A stretch of 64,000 bases of DNA from an uncultured Planctomycetaceae bacterium (GTDB lineage: Bacteria > Planctomycetota > Planctomycetia > Planctomycetales > Planctomycetaceae): NCBI GenBank assembly GCA_963815195.1, contig CAWFGE010000023.1, positions 448,001 to 512,000 on the forward strand, in the 5' to 3' direction. Shown here piece by piece: positions 43,239-53,057 of the stretch; positions within the stretch are counted from its first letter, which is position 1, and each line of letters opens with the position of its first letter. Under the pieces are notes generated by a model, which was given only the letters and a program-made list of their open reading frames with translations, ran no database searches and was not told the DNA's origin. The translations under genes and the position numbers were made by a program.

Positions 43239-44680
43239 ATGGCGAAGTCTCGTTCCCAGACGCGATTGAACAGCCGGCTTTCTTCGGCGGCGACGCCCTT
43301 GGCGCTCATCGGCAAGGATCGCAAGGTGCTGTTTTTCAACCACGGGTTTGAACGGCTCACGGGGTGGGGCGCGGACCTGGTGCTCGGCTCCGTGTGCGAA
43401 TACACGACCGAAGGCGATCCGCAAACCGTGCGGGCTTTGTTGGGAAGTCTGTGCCCGCCGCCGCGGGTGTTCGAGGGCCAGCCTGTGGAGGCCCCGGCCA
43501 CTCTGCCTCGCCAAAGCGGGCCGCCCGTGACCCGGTGGCTCAAGCACGTGCCGTTGTTGGACGACTCTGGCCAGGTGGATTGTGTGCTGGTCGTCTTGGA
43601 AGAACTCCGATCGTCTCAAACCTCCGTCGCCGATTCGCCGGCGCAGCGGCTGCATGCGGAATTGACTTCGCTCCGCGCCGGCTGCGGAGCCGATTCGGAA
43701 TGAGCACGATCATCGCCAACAGCGAAGCCATGCTCCGCGTCGTGCAGCAGGTGCAATTGGCGATCGCCGGTCGCTCGGCGTTGGTGTTGGAAGGCGAAGC
43801 GGGCACCGGCAAGGAGCACATCGCCCGCGTAATCCATCACGAGACCGCCCGCAGGATTCACGAGGCCCTCGATTTTCGGCAAGCGTCGTTCGTGCCTTTG
43901 GACTGCGCCAGGATGCTGCCCATCGACCTCAAGCGAACGCTCAGGCGGATGTTTAAGAGCGTCCGGCAAGACGCTGAAGAAGAATCTTCGCCCGAGCCGA
44001 CGATGACGCCGGGCACCGTCTTTTTGCAGAACGTGGACGCCATGCCCCGCGATGTGCAGGAGTTCGTCGCCGACTCGTTTCCGGAAACAGTCGGCGATAG
44101 CGGTTTGCGATTGATGGCCGGGACTGCGGAGGATTTGGATGCGCTGGTCGAGTCCGGGGCGATGCGGACGGATTTTTTTTATCTCATCTCTCCGCTGCGG
44201 ATTTCGCTGCCGACGTTGCAAAACCGGCCGCGGGATTTGGAACTGTTGGCCCAGGCGTTTTTGGAGCGGATGAACGTGGGGGCCGACCGCCAGTTGGAAG
44301 GCTTCAGCGCGGAGGTCTGGAAGGAGCTTCGCGAATACAACTGGCCCGCCAATCTGGACGAGTTGGCGGCGGTCATCGAAGAGGCCCGCACCGCCTGCCA
44401 GGATGTCATCATCGGCAAAGATGATCTGCCGTTCCGGTTCCGCATGGGCCGCGACGCCCAATCCGTCGGTCCGGCCTTCGAACCCAAGGCCCGGCCTTTG
44501 GAGCCGTTTCTCGAACAGGTGGAGCGCGAGCAAATCGAATTGGCCTTGGAAGACGCCCGCTACAACAAAAAGAAAGCCGCCGACCTGTTGGGCCTGACCC
44601 GCGCGAAACTCTACCGCCGGATGGAAACCCTGGGCATCGCCGATGAAAACGAAAGCGCATCGGCCAGCGACGAAAACTAG
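43239..44680 (+). CDS. PAS-like + degenerate sigma-54-activator AAA + Fis HTH regulator; apparent frameshift near 43680
   Basis: FFNHGFERLTGW (PAS-like), GEAGTGKE, YNWPANLDEL, NKKKAADLLGLTRAKLYRRM; no GAFTGA. Confidence 0.8.
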
Positions 44681-44784
44681 CCGCTTCTGGGTGGACGATG
44701 TTTGTGCGTTTGTGCAAAAAGCGCGGCGGAATTGCGTATAGGATTAGGGAGGAGGCGTTTGGTTCGCTCAAGGCGGGGGGAAAC

Positions 44785-45604
44785 ATGCAGTTTCATCGGC
44801 AAACGGCGGTTCGGCTGGCGGATGTTTACCGCCGGCTGCGAAGCCATTTCGATTATTCGCATCCCTGGTGGCCGGGGACGCCGTTCCAGATCACGCTTAC
44901 GGCGGTCTTGGTGCAGCAGTGCGATTGGGCCGTGGCGTGGGAAGCCGTGCTCCGGCTGGAAGCGGGGGGCGTGAAGAGTCTCGTCGATCTGGCCGACCAC
45001 GAGGCCGAACGCGTCTGGGAAGCCATTCGCCGCGTGACGTTTGCCCGCAAAAAGTCGGAGCGGCTGGTGGAGATCGCGGAATGGGTCCGCGGAGCAGGGT
45101 TTGAGACTTTCGAGGCGTTCCTCTCCACGGACCGCGACACGCGGATTGTGCGGACGGAAGTGCTCGGCCGGCGGGGCGTCGGTCCCGAAACGGCGGACTG
45201 CCTGCTGGGATTCGCGTCCGAGCATCCGGTGTTTGTCGTGGATGCCTACACGCGGCGGATTTTCGAGCGGCTGAGCGTGGTGCCGAACCTCTCCGCCGAC
45301 TTTTGGCGGAAAGGCCGCTACGAGGAACTCCAGGAATTCTTCGAGCCTGCACCTCCTCGGCGACCTGACTTTGTATGATGAGTTCGACTTCCCGCCGGAA
45401 TTGTCCCGCGAGGTGGCGATCCTCAGGGACTATCACGCCCTGCTCGTCGAGCTGGGAAAACACCACTGTTTGAAGACCAACCCCCACTGCCATAAGACCG
45501 GAAAACCCGGCTGGCAGAATTACGTCTCCTGCCAAAACCATTGCCTGTCCAAACTGTGCACCGCCTGTCCGCTGTCGGACCTCTGCCAATTTCCGATGAA
45601 ATGA
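44785..45604 (+). CDS. HhH-GPD endonuclease III-related DNA glycosylase-like protein; apparent frameshift near 45345
   Basis: WWPGTPFQITLTAVLVQQCDW, GVGPETAD, FVVDAYTRRIF, YHALLVELGKHHC, Cys-rich tail. Confidence 0.8.
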
Positions 45605-45727
45605 ACGGCCAAAGGCGAATCCACCCTTGCCGGAGCGAGCGAGGAATGGCACATTAAACATGGGTTTTCCGGTTCGGGAGGCCCCATCGGATGAAGCCCG
45701 TGTTACTTTGAATCGAGGAAACGAACC

Positions 45728-46255
45728 ATTAAAGGCCCCGGATTAAGATTGGGATTGGATGTCCGCCGCATTTGGGAATGCCCCGCGTGCGGCCGACGGG
45801 CGAAGCGGCACGGCGACATCACGCAGAACCGCTGCGCTTGCCAGGATCCGCCTGCGCGGATGCGTTTGGTGGAAGAGCCGCGGCCGGCCCGCGAATATCA
45901 GCCTTACATTGTCCCCGAAATGGATGCGGACGAACTCGCGGACGGCGAGGAAATGCCGGCGGCGGACGCTCCTCCGGAAGAAATGGCCGACGCGGTGATC
46001 GAAACGGACGCCCCTCCGGAAGAGAGCCCACCGGAGGCCGACGAACCGCCGCCTCCCCAGGAAGCGGCCGAGCTTGAGACCGCCACACTCGAAACAGAAG
46101 AGGCGGTTTCCGAGACGCCGGCAGCGGACGAGGAAGCCGCGGCCGATTCGCCGATAGAAAATAAACCGGATGCGACGTCCCGCAAGGGCCGCTCTCGCCG
46201 CCGGCGGTCTCGCAAACGTTCGCGGGACCGCGGCTCGCAAGGCGAAGGGGCATAG
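45728..46255 (+). CDS. Hypothetical protein with Zn-ribbon, acidic linker and basic tail; start uncertain (ATT 45728 or TTG 45749)
   Basis: WECPACG...CAC, then a Glu/Pro-rich region and an RRRRSRKR tail. Confidence 0.65.
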   Translation: MKGPGLRLGLDVRRIWECPACGRRAKRHGDITQNRCACQDPPARMRLVEEPRPAREYQPYIVPEMDADELADGEEMPAADAPPEEMADAVIETDAPPEESPPEADEPPPPQEAAELETATLETEEAVSETPAADEEAAADSPIENKPDATSRKGRSRRRRSRKRSRDRGSQGEGA

Positions 46256-46340
46256 ACGAGCGTTTTGATCTTTTTTCGTTGGACACGACCAGGCGGCACC
46301 GACGGCAGGTTGGTCCGCTCGCCTTTGACTTCTCGATCCG

Positions 46341-47249
46341 ATGCCCAACTACACTCGCAAACACCGGACTTTGCATTGGCCGATCACCATGAGCGTCTCG
46401 CTGATGATGCTCAACGTGGCGCTGATGGTGGGCTGGATTGTGCTCGCGGCCCAGATCAAAGAATGGAACGTGCTGACCATCGGCACAATCGCCTTCGCGC
46501 TGATTCTCGTCGGTTTGACGTTTTATATGGTGCTGACGATCAAGGAAGTCCGCGTCAGCCAGCAGCAGGCGAACTTCGTGGACAGCGTCACGCATGAACT
46601 CAAATCGCCCATCGCTTCATTGCGGCTGTATTTGGAAACCATGCAGATGCGGCCCCTGAGCGAAGAGCAGCGGGTGGAGTTTTACGGAGTGATGGAGGCG
46701 GAGCTTACGCGGCTGAACCGGCTCATCAATCACCTGCTCGAAGTCGGCCGGCTCGACGCCATCGGCCAGGAGTCCGAACCCGAGGACATTCTGCTCGAGC
46801 CGTTTCTCCGCAAATGCGCCGCGAACGCCTGCACGCTCTACAACTTGGATATGGACAACGTCATCAAGTTCGACATCGAACCGGCCGTCATTAACGGCCG
46901 GCCGTTGGTCTTACAAATGATCTTCGGGAACCTTTTGGACAACGCCCTCAAATACGCCGGCGTTCCGCCCCGCGTGGAAGTCGAGGTGCGGATCAAGAAC
47001 CGCGGCCGGGTTGTCACACGGATCCTGGACAATGGTCAGGGCGTCCCGTCCAACTTGCGGAAGAAGATCTTTCAGATTTTTTTCCGCGCCGGCAACGAAT
47101 TGGAGCGGACCCGCCAAGGCACCGGGTTAGGGCTTTACATCGTCAAGACGCTTGTCCATATAATGAAAGGAAAAATCGCCGTCCGAGACCGCGAAGCAGA
47201 ACCGGGAAGTTCGTTCGAAATCGAACTGCCGGGGAGGGCTGTCACGTGA
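46341..47249 (+). CDS. Sensor histidine kinase
   Basis: Two TM helices, VTHELKSP, NLLDNALKY, DNGQG, GTGLGL. Confidence 0.93.
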   Translation: MPNYTRKHRTLHWPITMSVSLMMLNVALMVGWIVLAAQIKEWNVLTIGTIAFALILVGLTFYMVLTIKEVRVSQQQANFVDSVTHELKSPIASLRLYLETMQMRPLSEEQRVEFYGVMEAELTRLNRLINHLLEVGRLDAIGQESEPEDILLEPFLRKCAANACTLYNLDMDNVIKFDIEPAVINGRPLVLQMIFGNLLDNALKYAGVPPRVEVEVRIKNRGRVVTRILDNGQGVPSNLRKKIFQIFFRAGNELERTRQGTGLGLYIVKTLVHIMKGKIAVRDREAEPGSSFEIELPGRAVT

Positions 47250-48022
47250 GACTGTTGATTGTTGAAGATGAACCGGCCATGGCGGATGGCCTCAAGTTCA
47301 ACTTTGAATCCGAAGGCTACGATGTCTCCGTCGCCGGAGACGGCTTCCGGGCGTTGGAACTGTTTGAAGAAACCTGCCGGCCCCCGGACGACGGCAAAGA
47401 GCGGCCCCCCGCCTTCGATGCGATCGTGTTGGACCTGATGCTGCCGGGCATGAGCGGGTACGAAACCTGCCGGCGGATCCGCGAACTCGATCCGCACGTG
47501 CCCGTGTTGGTGTTGAGCGCACGCACGCTGGCGGAAGACCGCATGCTGGCGTTCGACGCGGGCACCGATCAGTATCTCACCAAGCCGTTCGAACTGGCGG
47601 AACTGCTCAACCGGGTGCGAAACGTCATCGAACGCCACCGCAGCAAGACCGCCCCGGAACACCGCCCGCCCGCCGACGAATCCTCCGGTCCCAAGCGCTA
47701 TGTGTTTCCTCAGTTCGAGCTGAATTTGAAGCGGTACGAGCTCAAAGTCGGGGACGAGGTCCACACCCTCACGCCGCGGGAGTTGGAACTCCTCCGCTAC
47801 TTCATCGAGCACGAAGGCACCGTGCTTTCGCGGGGGAAAATCCTCAAAGACGTCTGGGACGAGCCGTCGGACCTCAATTCGCGGACCATCGACAACTTCG
47901 TGCTCCGCCTGAGGAAATACATCGAGCCCGACCCCGCCAATCCGCAGCACATTCTTTCCGTCCGCGGGGCCGGCTACCGCTTCGTCGCGGAGCCCGAGGC
48001 CCAGAAGCAATCCTCTTCGTGA
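47246..48022 (+). CDS. OmpR/PhoB-family response regulator
   Basis: LIVEDE, LDLMLP, KPF, winged helix RTIDNFVLRLRKYIE...VRGAGYRF; GTGA overlap with the kinase. Confidence 0.93.
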   Translation: MRLLIVEDEPAMADGLKFNFESEGYDVSVAGDGFRALELFEETCRPPDDGKERPPAFDAIVLDLMLPGMSGYETCRRIRELDPHVPVLVLSARTLAEDRMLAFDAGTDQYLTKPFELAELLNRVRNVIERHRSKTAPEHRPPADESSGPKRYVFPQFELNLKRYELKVGDEVHTLTPRELELLRYFIEHEGTVLSRGKILKDVWDEPSDLNSRTIDNFVLRLRKYIEPDPANPQHILSVRGAGYRFVAEPEAQKQSSS

Positions 48023-48046
48023 GGGCAAAACCTTGCGGCGGCCGCG

Positions 48047-48296
48047 TTAGTGGCCCGGCGACGGCGGCGGCTGTCTTTCTTGTTGAGCCTTCTTGCGGGC
48101 GGAAAGGGCGAGCGCCAGCCAGATGAACGCATAGCCTGTGGCGGTGAGCGCCTCCGATGCCCATCCCCAGTTTGCCGGCCCGAAGTTCGCCCGGAACGCC
48201 GGCGATGGGATGCGTGTGAATCCGCCAGACCCCGGCAAGGCCGGCGGCCAGCATTAACACCGTCCAGCATCCGCAGGGCAGAATCAATCGTTTCAT
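48047..48296 (-). CDS. Small membrane protein; apparent frameshift near 48150
   Basis: MKRLILPCGCWTVLMLAAGLAG...GMGIGGA continues as LTATGYAFIWLALALSARKK; follows prmC. Confidence 0.5.
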
Positions 48297-48310
48297 GGCG
48301 GAAGCGATGG

Positions 48311-49215
48311 TTAGAAGTTGTCGGTCCGGACCTGCGCCGCGGCGACGCGGGCCAGCCCCGCAAGATCTTTGAGGATGCGGACGTTCTCGTACCGGCCGTC
48401 GCGATTCATCAAGGCTTCGACCGTCCCGCTTTGCTCGGGGGCGATCTCCATTAGCAACCCGCCGCCGGGGATTAAATAGCTCGGCGCCTCCTGGATCAGC
48501 GTGCGGATCAAATCCAGACCGTCGGCTCCGGAAACCAAAGCCCCCTTGGGTTCGTGGAGCCTGACATCGGGTTGGAGTTGATCGAGTTCGCCCTCGGCCA
48601 CGTAAGGCGGATTGCTGACGATAAGATCAAACTCCGCCCCCGCGGGCAACGGCGAAAACCCATCACCCAATAGGAACGTGATCTGGTCGCCGACGTTGTT
48701 CGCCTCGGCGTTTTCCGTCGCGATGGCGAGAGCCGGTTCGCTGATCTCGATCGCGGTGACATTCGCGGATTTGAGATTGGACGCAATCGCTACCCCGATG
48801 CAGCCCGAGCCGGTGCCCACGTCCAGAATCCTCGGCGACGCCAGCGACTTGGCGAGCGTCAACACTTCCATCACCAGCGTCTCGGTATCGGGACGCGGGA
48901 TCAACACGTCCGCCGTCACCCGGAACGGTAAGCCATAAAACTCGCGATGCCCCACGAGATACGCCACCGGCTCGGCCATGGCCCGCCGCTGCACCAACTC
49001 CCGCATCTCCGCCCGCTCTTCATCCGTGAGGACTTCCTCGAACCGCGTGTAAAGCTCGATCCGTTTGCAGCTCCCGCATGGGCCAGGAGGATCTCGGCAT
49101 CCAACCGCGGCGACTCGCTGCCATGCTTCGACAGATGCGCCGTGGTCCACTCCAAAATCCGCCGGACCGTCCACGGTTCGTTCGAATTGTTTGAGTTATG
49201 CGGCACGGCGGACAT
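48311..49215 (-). CDS. prmC: Release factor glutamine methyltransferase; apparent frameshift near 49075
   Basis: [43 protein letters not shown]. Confidence 0.93.
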
Positions 49216-49299
49216 TCCAGTCACCAAAAAAGGCGAGCGGGGGGCGTCAGCCCCCTGGTTACTTACGGTCAAGAGTTGACAATGTTTGCACGCGACTGT

Positions 49300-49530
49300 C
49301 TACCACTCATCGGGATCTATCTTTTCACATTCCGCTTCGATAGCTTGGGACATGGCGTCCAGATCGGATTCTTCAATCGCTCCCGCAAATCGCAGTAAAT
49401 CCTGCCCGTGAACGCCTTGAAGCGGCCGCGATGCGAGATTTCGCGCGAACTCCAGCACTTGGCGTTGTTGCTCAATCGTCAGTTTGCTCAGGTGATTGGA
49501 CAACTCGGATTCAATCGAGGAATCGACCAT
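49300..49530 (-). CDS. Small antitoxin-like protein (DUF2281-like)
   Basis: LSKLTIEQQRQVLEFARNL...GQDLLRFAGAI...IDPDEW; overlaps a short [16 protein letters not shown] that resembles a decayed PIN toxin start. Confidence 0.6.
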   Translation of the reverse strand: MVDSSIESELSNHLSKLTIEQQRQVLEFARNLASRPLQGVHGQDLLRFAGAIEESDLDAMSQAIEAECEKIDPDEW

Positions 49531-49532
49531 TT

Positions 49533-49955
49533 TTACAACGAGTTCCAAAGATACATCGATTTCTTAGTGTCAACGGCACGTTGTGATAAGGCGCGAAGTT
49601 GTATGAGGATATCTTGAAAATCCGCCGCCGACCAACCCAGTTCTTCCGCCGTCATGTCGGCACAGCATTGGGCTACGTCTGGCACTTGAGAATCCGTCAA
49701 CTCTGCGAGTGATTTCGTCATGTCCGCGGGGACGCCCATCGTCCAATCTTCGGCATCTTCCGGGCTGAGCAGGGGAAACTCGTCAAGCAAATCAATCGGA
49801 TCGTCTTCGCCCCGGAGCACCGCCGAGATTCCGGCGGCTTCCAGTGGAGTGATGTATTTGAACTGGCAGCGATCTTCGGCAGGAAAGTCTTCAGTGGAAC
49901 CATATTCCAAAAAAGAATCAGGAGTGGCGATGAAGAAATCACTCAAGATCGACAT
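49533..49955 (-). CDS. Acidic hypothetical protein
   Basis: ATG with AAGGAG upstream; MSILSDFFIA...LRALSQRAVDTKKSMYLWNSL; loosely YfbM/DUF1877-like. Confidence 0.7.
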   Translation of the reverse strand: MSILSDFFIATPDSFLEYGSTEDFPAEDRCQFKYITPLEAAGISAVLRGEDDPIDLLDEFPLLSPEDAEDWTMGVPADMTKSLAELTDSQVPDVAQCCADMTAEELGWSAADFQDILIQLRALSQRAVDTKKSMYLWNSL

Positions 49956-50004
49956 TTCCCCGTGCTCCTTGAAACCAGGGGGCTGACGCCCCCCGCTCGC
50001 CTTC

Positions 50005-51084
50005 TTAGTTCTTCCCGGCAGCGCCGCCGCCCAGGCGTTCCTGGCGGTCGAACTCCAACAGGGCTTCGATGAGTTCGTCGAGATTGCCCTGCATGATTTG
50101 ATCGAGCTTGTACAGCGTGAGGTTGATGCGGTGGTCGGTCACCCGGCCTTGGGGGAAATTGTAGGTGCGGATTCGTTGGCTGCGGTCGCCGGAGCCGATC
50201 AGCGTCCGCCGGGCGTCGGCGCGGGCGGCGGCGGCTTCGCGCTGCTTGGCTTCCAGGACCCGGCTTCTTAAAATCCGCATCGCGCGGGCTTTGTTTTTGT
50301 GCTGGCTTTTTTCGTCCTGGCATTTGACGACCGTGCCCGTTGGCAGGTGCGTGATGCGCACCGCGGATTCGGTCTTGTTCACTTTTTGCCCGCCCGGACC
50401 GCCCGCCCGCATCGTGTCGATCTGCAAATCCTCTTCGCGGATCTCCACATCGACTTCGCTGGCTTCGGGGAGCACGGCCACGGTCGCGGCGCTTGTGTGA
50501 ATCCGCCCCTGCGTTTCGGTTTCGGGAACCCGCTGGACGCGGTGGCCGCCGCTCTCGAATTGCAGCTCGTGAAAGGCCCCCTCGCCGGTGACGGAAAACG
50601 TGATTTCCTTGTAGCCGCCCATTTCGGAGGGGCTGACGTCCATCACCTCCATTTTCCAGCCGCGTTCTTCGATAAAGCGCTTATACATCTCGAACAGATC
50701 GCCGGCGAAGATGCCCGCCTCATCGCCGCCGGTGCCCGCGCGGATTTCCATAATCAGGCCGCCGTAGGTGATCGCATCCCCCGCCGCCGCGAGGTCTTCG
50801 AGATCGGTCTTCAGCTTCTCCTGCTTTTCGAGAAGCTCGTCGAGCTCGGCCTGGGCGTAGGCCTTGGCGGCGGGGTCGGTTTCCTCTTCGAGCATCATCT
50901 GGGCGGCTTCGATGTCCGCCTCGCGGTTGTAGTAGTCCCGCACCGCGTGGGCGACCTTTTGCAAGCCCCCGTATTCCCGCTGGACGGCGATCATGCGGTC
51001 GGTGTTCGAGAGGACTTCCGGATCCTGGAGCTGTTTTTCCAACTCCTGAAAGCGTTTGTATTTGGAGTCGAGACTGGGAAACAT
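50005..51084 (-). CDS. prfA: Peptide chain release factor 1
   Basis: [25 protein letters not shown] (PxT motif), [22 protein letters not shown]. Confidence 0.97.
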   Translation of the reverse strand: MFPSLDSKYKRFQELEKQLQDPEVLSNTDRMIAVQREYGGLQKVAHAVRDYYNREADIEAAQMMLEEETDPAAKAYAQAELDELLEKQEKLKTDLEDLAAAGDAITYGGLIMEIRAGTGGDEAGIFAGDLFEMYKRFIEERGWKMEVMDVSPSEMGGYKEITFSVTGEGAFHELQFESGGHRVQRVPETETQGRIHTSAATVAVLPEASEVDVEIREEDLQIDTMRAGGPGGQKVNKTESAVRITHLPTGTVVKCQDEKSQHKNKARAMRILRSRVLEAKQREAAAARADARRTLIGSGDRSQRIRTYNFPQGRVTDHRINLTLYKLDQIMQGNLDELIEALLEFDRQERLGGGAAGKN

Positions 51085-51216
51085 GGGAAAAACCAAAATC
51101 GAGAGACGAATGCGAGGGCCGAAACAAAACACGGGGCCAGCGCAAGCCCATCCGTGACTCTCTCACCGATTTTGCCATCGGCGGGCGGAGTCCGGCTTCG
51201 GGCACCTCGAACGCCT

Positions 51217-51504
51217 TTACGATTCGGCCTGTTCTTCGGCCGGTTTGTTCTGGCGGCGTTTTTCCCAGTTGTATTTCTTCTGGAATTTTTCGACCCGGCC
51301 GGCGGAATCGACGTACTTCATCTTGCCGGTGAAGAACGGATGGGAAGCGGAGCTCACTTCAACCTTAACAAGAGGATAGGTGTTGCCGTCTTCCCATTCG
51401 ATCGTTTCTTTCGAGGTGATCGTGGAGCGGGTGAAGAACTTGGCCCCCGTGGAAGTGTCCAAAAACACGACGGGGTGGTAATCGGGATGAATGTCTTTCT
51501 GCAT
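51217..51504 (-). CDS. rpmE2: 50S ribosomal protein L31, type B (Zn-free)
   Basis: [14 protein letters not shown]...[18 protein letters not shown]...DSAGRVEKF; no Cys. Confidence 0.95.
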   Translation of the reverse strand: MQKDIHPDYHPVVFLDTSTGAKFFTRSTITSKETIEWEDGNTYPLVKVEVSSASHPFFTGKMKYVDSAGRVEKFQKKYNWEKRRQNKPAEEQAES

Positions 51505-51770
51505 GGTCCTGCCAGTCTCTACCGAAATGTGCGAAAAAAGCCCCGTTAAGGAATTGGGGGCATGGACAGCGGGTGCATAGCGAATTGTATAGTTTACGCG
51601 GGCAAAGGGAAGTCAACAAGGTTGCAATTTGTCCTTGGGATTTCTCGGATTTCCCGTGTCGGTTGATCGCCGGGCCGGGTTTGGGGGATGATGGTAAGAG
51701 GGAATACCGGGGCAGCGGGCCCTGTGCGAGTGACGGGTTTTGGATTTCTTCAGCATCAGAAAGGGTCGTG

Positions 51771-52913
51771 ATGAAAACTTCTCTCTCCCGCCGGGCGTTT
51801 TTGGGGTCGGCGGCGGCGTTCTCCACGTCGGCCGCGTTCGGGTTTGCGGTCAACAAAAAGTCGGCCCCCGCCGCGAAGGTCCAGGACCTTCGCGTGATCA
51901 GCAAAACGCCCGAGATTTATCACGGTTGGCCCACGCTCACCCGGCGGGCGAACGGGCAACTCTTGGTGGTGTGGTCCGGCGGACGGGAAGGCCATGTCTG
52001 CCCGTTCGGCCGCGTCGATATGATGCGGTCCCACGACGACGGCGAAACCTGGACCTGGCCGCGAACTCTCTTGGACGGGGCCATCGACGACCGCGATTCG
52101 GGCATTCTGGAAACCGCCCAAGGCAGCCTCTTGGTGACGACCTTCACCTCCCTCGCCTACGAAGCTTATTTGAAAAAACAGCCAACGGAACAACAGGAAC
52201 GCTGGCTCGCCGCCCATCGCAGGCTCAATGACCAACAACGAAAGGCCGAGCTCGGCGAATGGATGATCCGCTCGACCGACGGCGGCATCACCTGGTCCGA
52301 GCGGTATCCCACGATCGTCAACAGCCCGCACGGACCGGTCCAACTCGCCGACGGGCGGCTGTTGTATGCCGGGAAGAAGTTGTGGACGAGCGATAAACAA
52401 GTCGGCGTTTGCGAATCGGCCGACGACGGACGGACCTGGAAATGGCTCGCCGCCATTCCGGCCCGCGACGGCGATTCCTTCAGCAACTACCACGAACTCC
52501 ACGCGGTCGAAATCGGCGGCAAGATTCTCGTCCACATTCGCAACCACAATCAGGCCAACAGCCGCGAAACGCTGCAGGCCGAATCGACCGACGGCGGCCG
52601 GACCTGGACGAAGCCGCGGTCCATCGGCGTATGGGGGCTGCCTTCGTTTCTCACCAAGCTCCAAGACGGCCGATTGCTGATGACCTACGGACATCGCCGG
52701 CCGCCCTTCGGCAACCAGGCCCGCATCAGCGAAGATGCCGGCCAGACCTGGAGCGAGCCCTTGATGATCTCCACCGACGGCGCCGGCGGGGACCTGGGCT
52801 ATCCCAGCACGGTCCAACTCCCAGACGGCTCGCTGGTCACGGTGTGGTACGAAAACATGAAGTCCTCCCCCTACGCCGTCTTAAGACAAGCCCGCTGGTC
52901 GATCGAGAGCTAA
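51771..52913 (+). CDS. Sialidase-family/BNR-repeat protein with Tat signal
   Basis: SRRAFL; repeated Asp boxes SxDxGxTW; DLGYPS. Confidence 0.88.
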   Translation: MKTSLSRRAFLGSAAAFSTSAAFGFAVNKKSAPAAKVQDLRVISKTPEIYHGWPTLTRRANGQLLVVWSGGREGHVCPFGRVDMMRSHDDGETWTWPRTLLDGAIDDRDSGILETAQGSLLVTTFTSLAYEAYLKKQPTEQQERWLAAHRRLNDQQRKAELGEWMIRSTDGGITWSERYPTIVNSPHGPVQLADGRLLYAGKKLWTSDKQVGVCESADDGRTWKWLAAIPARDGDSFSNYHELHAVEIGGKILVHIRNHNQANSRETLQAESTDGGRTWTKPRSIGVWGLPSFLTKLQDGRLLMTYGHRRPPFGNQARISEDAGQTWSEPLMISTDGAGGDLGYPSTVQLPDGSLVTVWYENMKSSPYAVLRQARWSIES

Positions 52914-53057
52914 ATGGCGAGGGGTGGTGTCAGCCCCGGGTTCTTCCCTTTGGAGAGTCGCTCATCTTTTCCAGAAACGAACCACGCCCTGCTCTAGCCA
53001 AAACCCTCGGGATGTTGCGATGATGCCGTTTTTGGAGCAAACAAAAAAGGACGCAAA

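Larger units (their letters stand above)
49230..50003. mobile_element. Putative REP-bounded cargo element with perfect 31-bp inverted repeats
   Basis: AAGGCGAGCGGGGGGCGTCAGCCCCCTGGTT (49230-49260) and its exact reverse complement (49973-50003) enclose two short, AT-richer genes. Confidence 0.6.

Noticed and set aside
49060..49090. Programmed frameshift in prmC or in the Clp-RF gene, by analogy with prfB
   Set aside because: No CTTTGA-type shift site or internal SD, and similar breaks are scattered through the window
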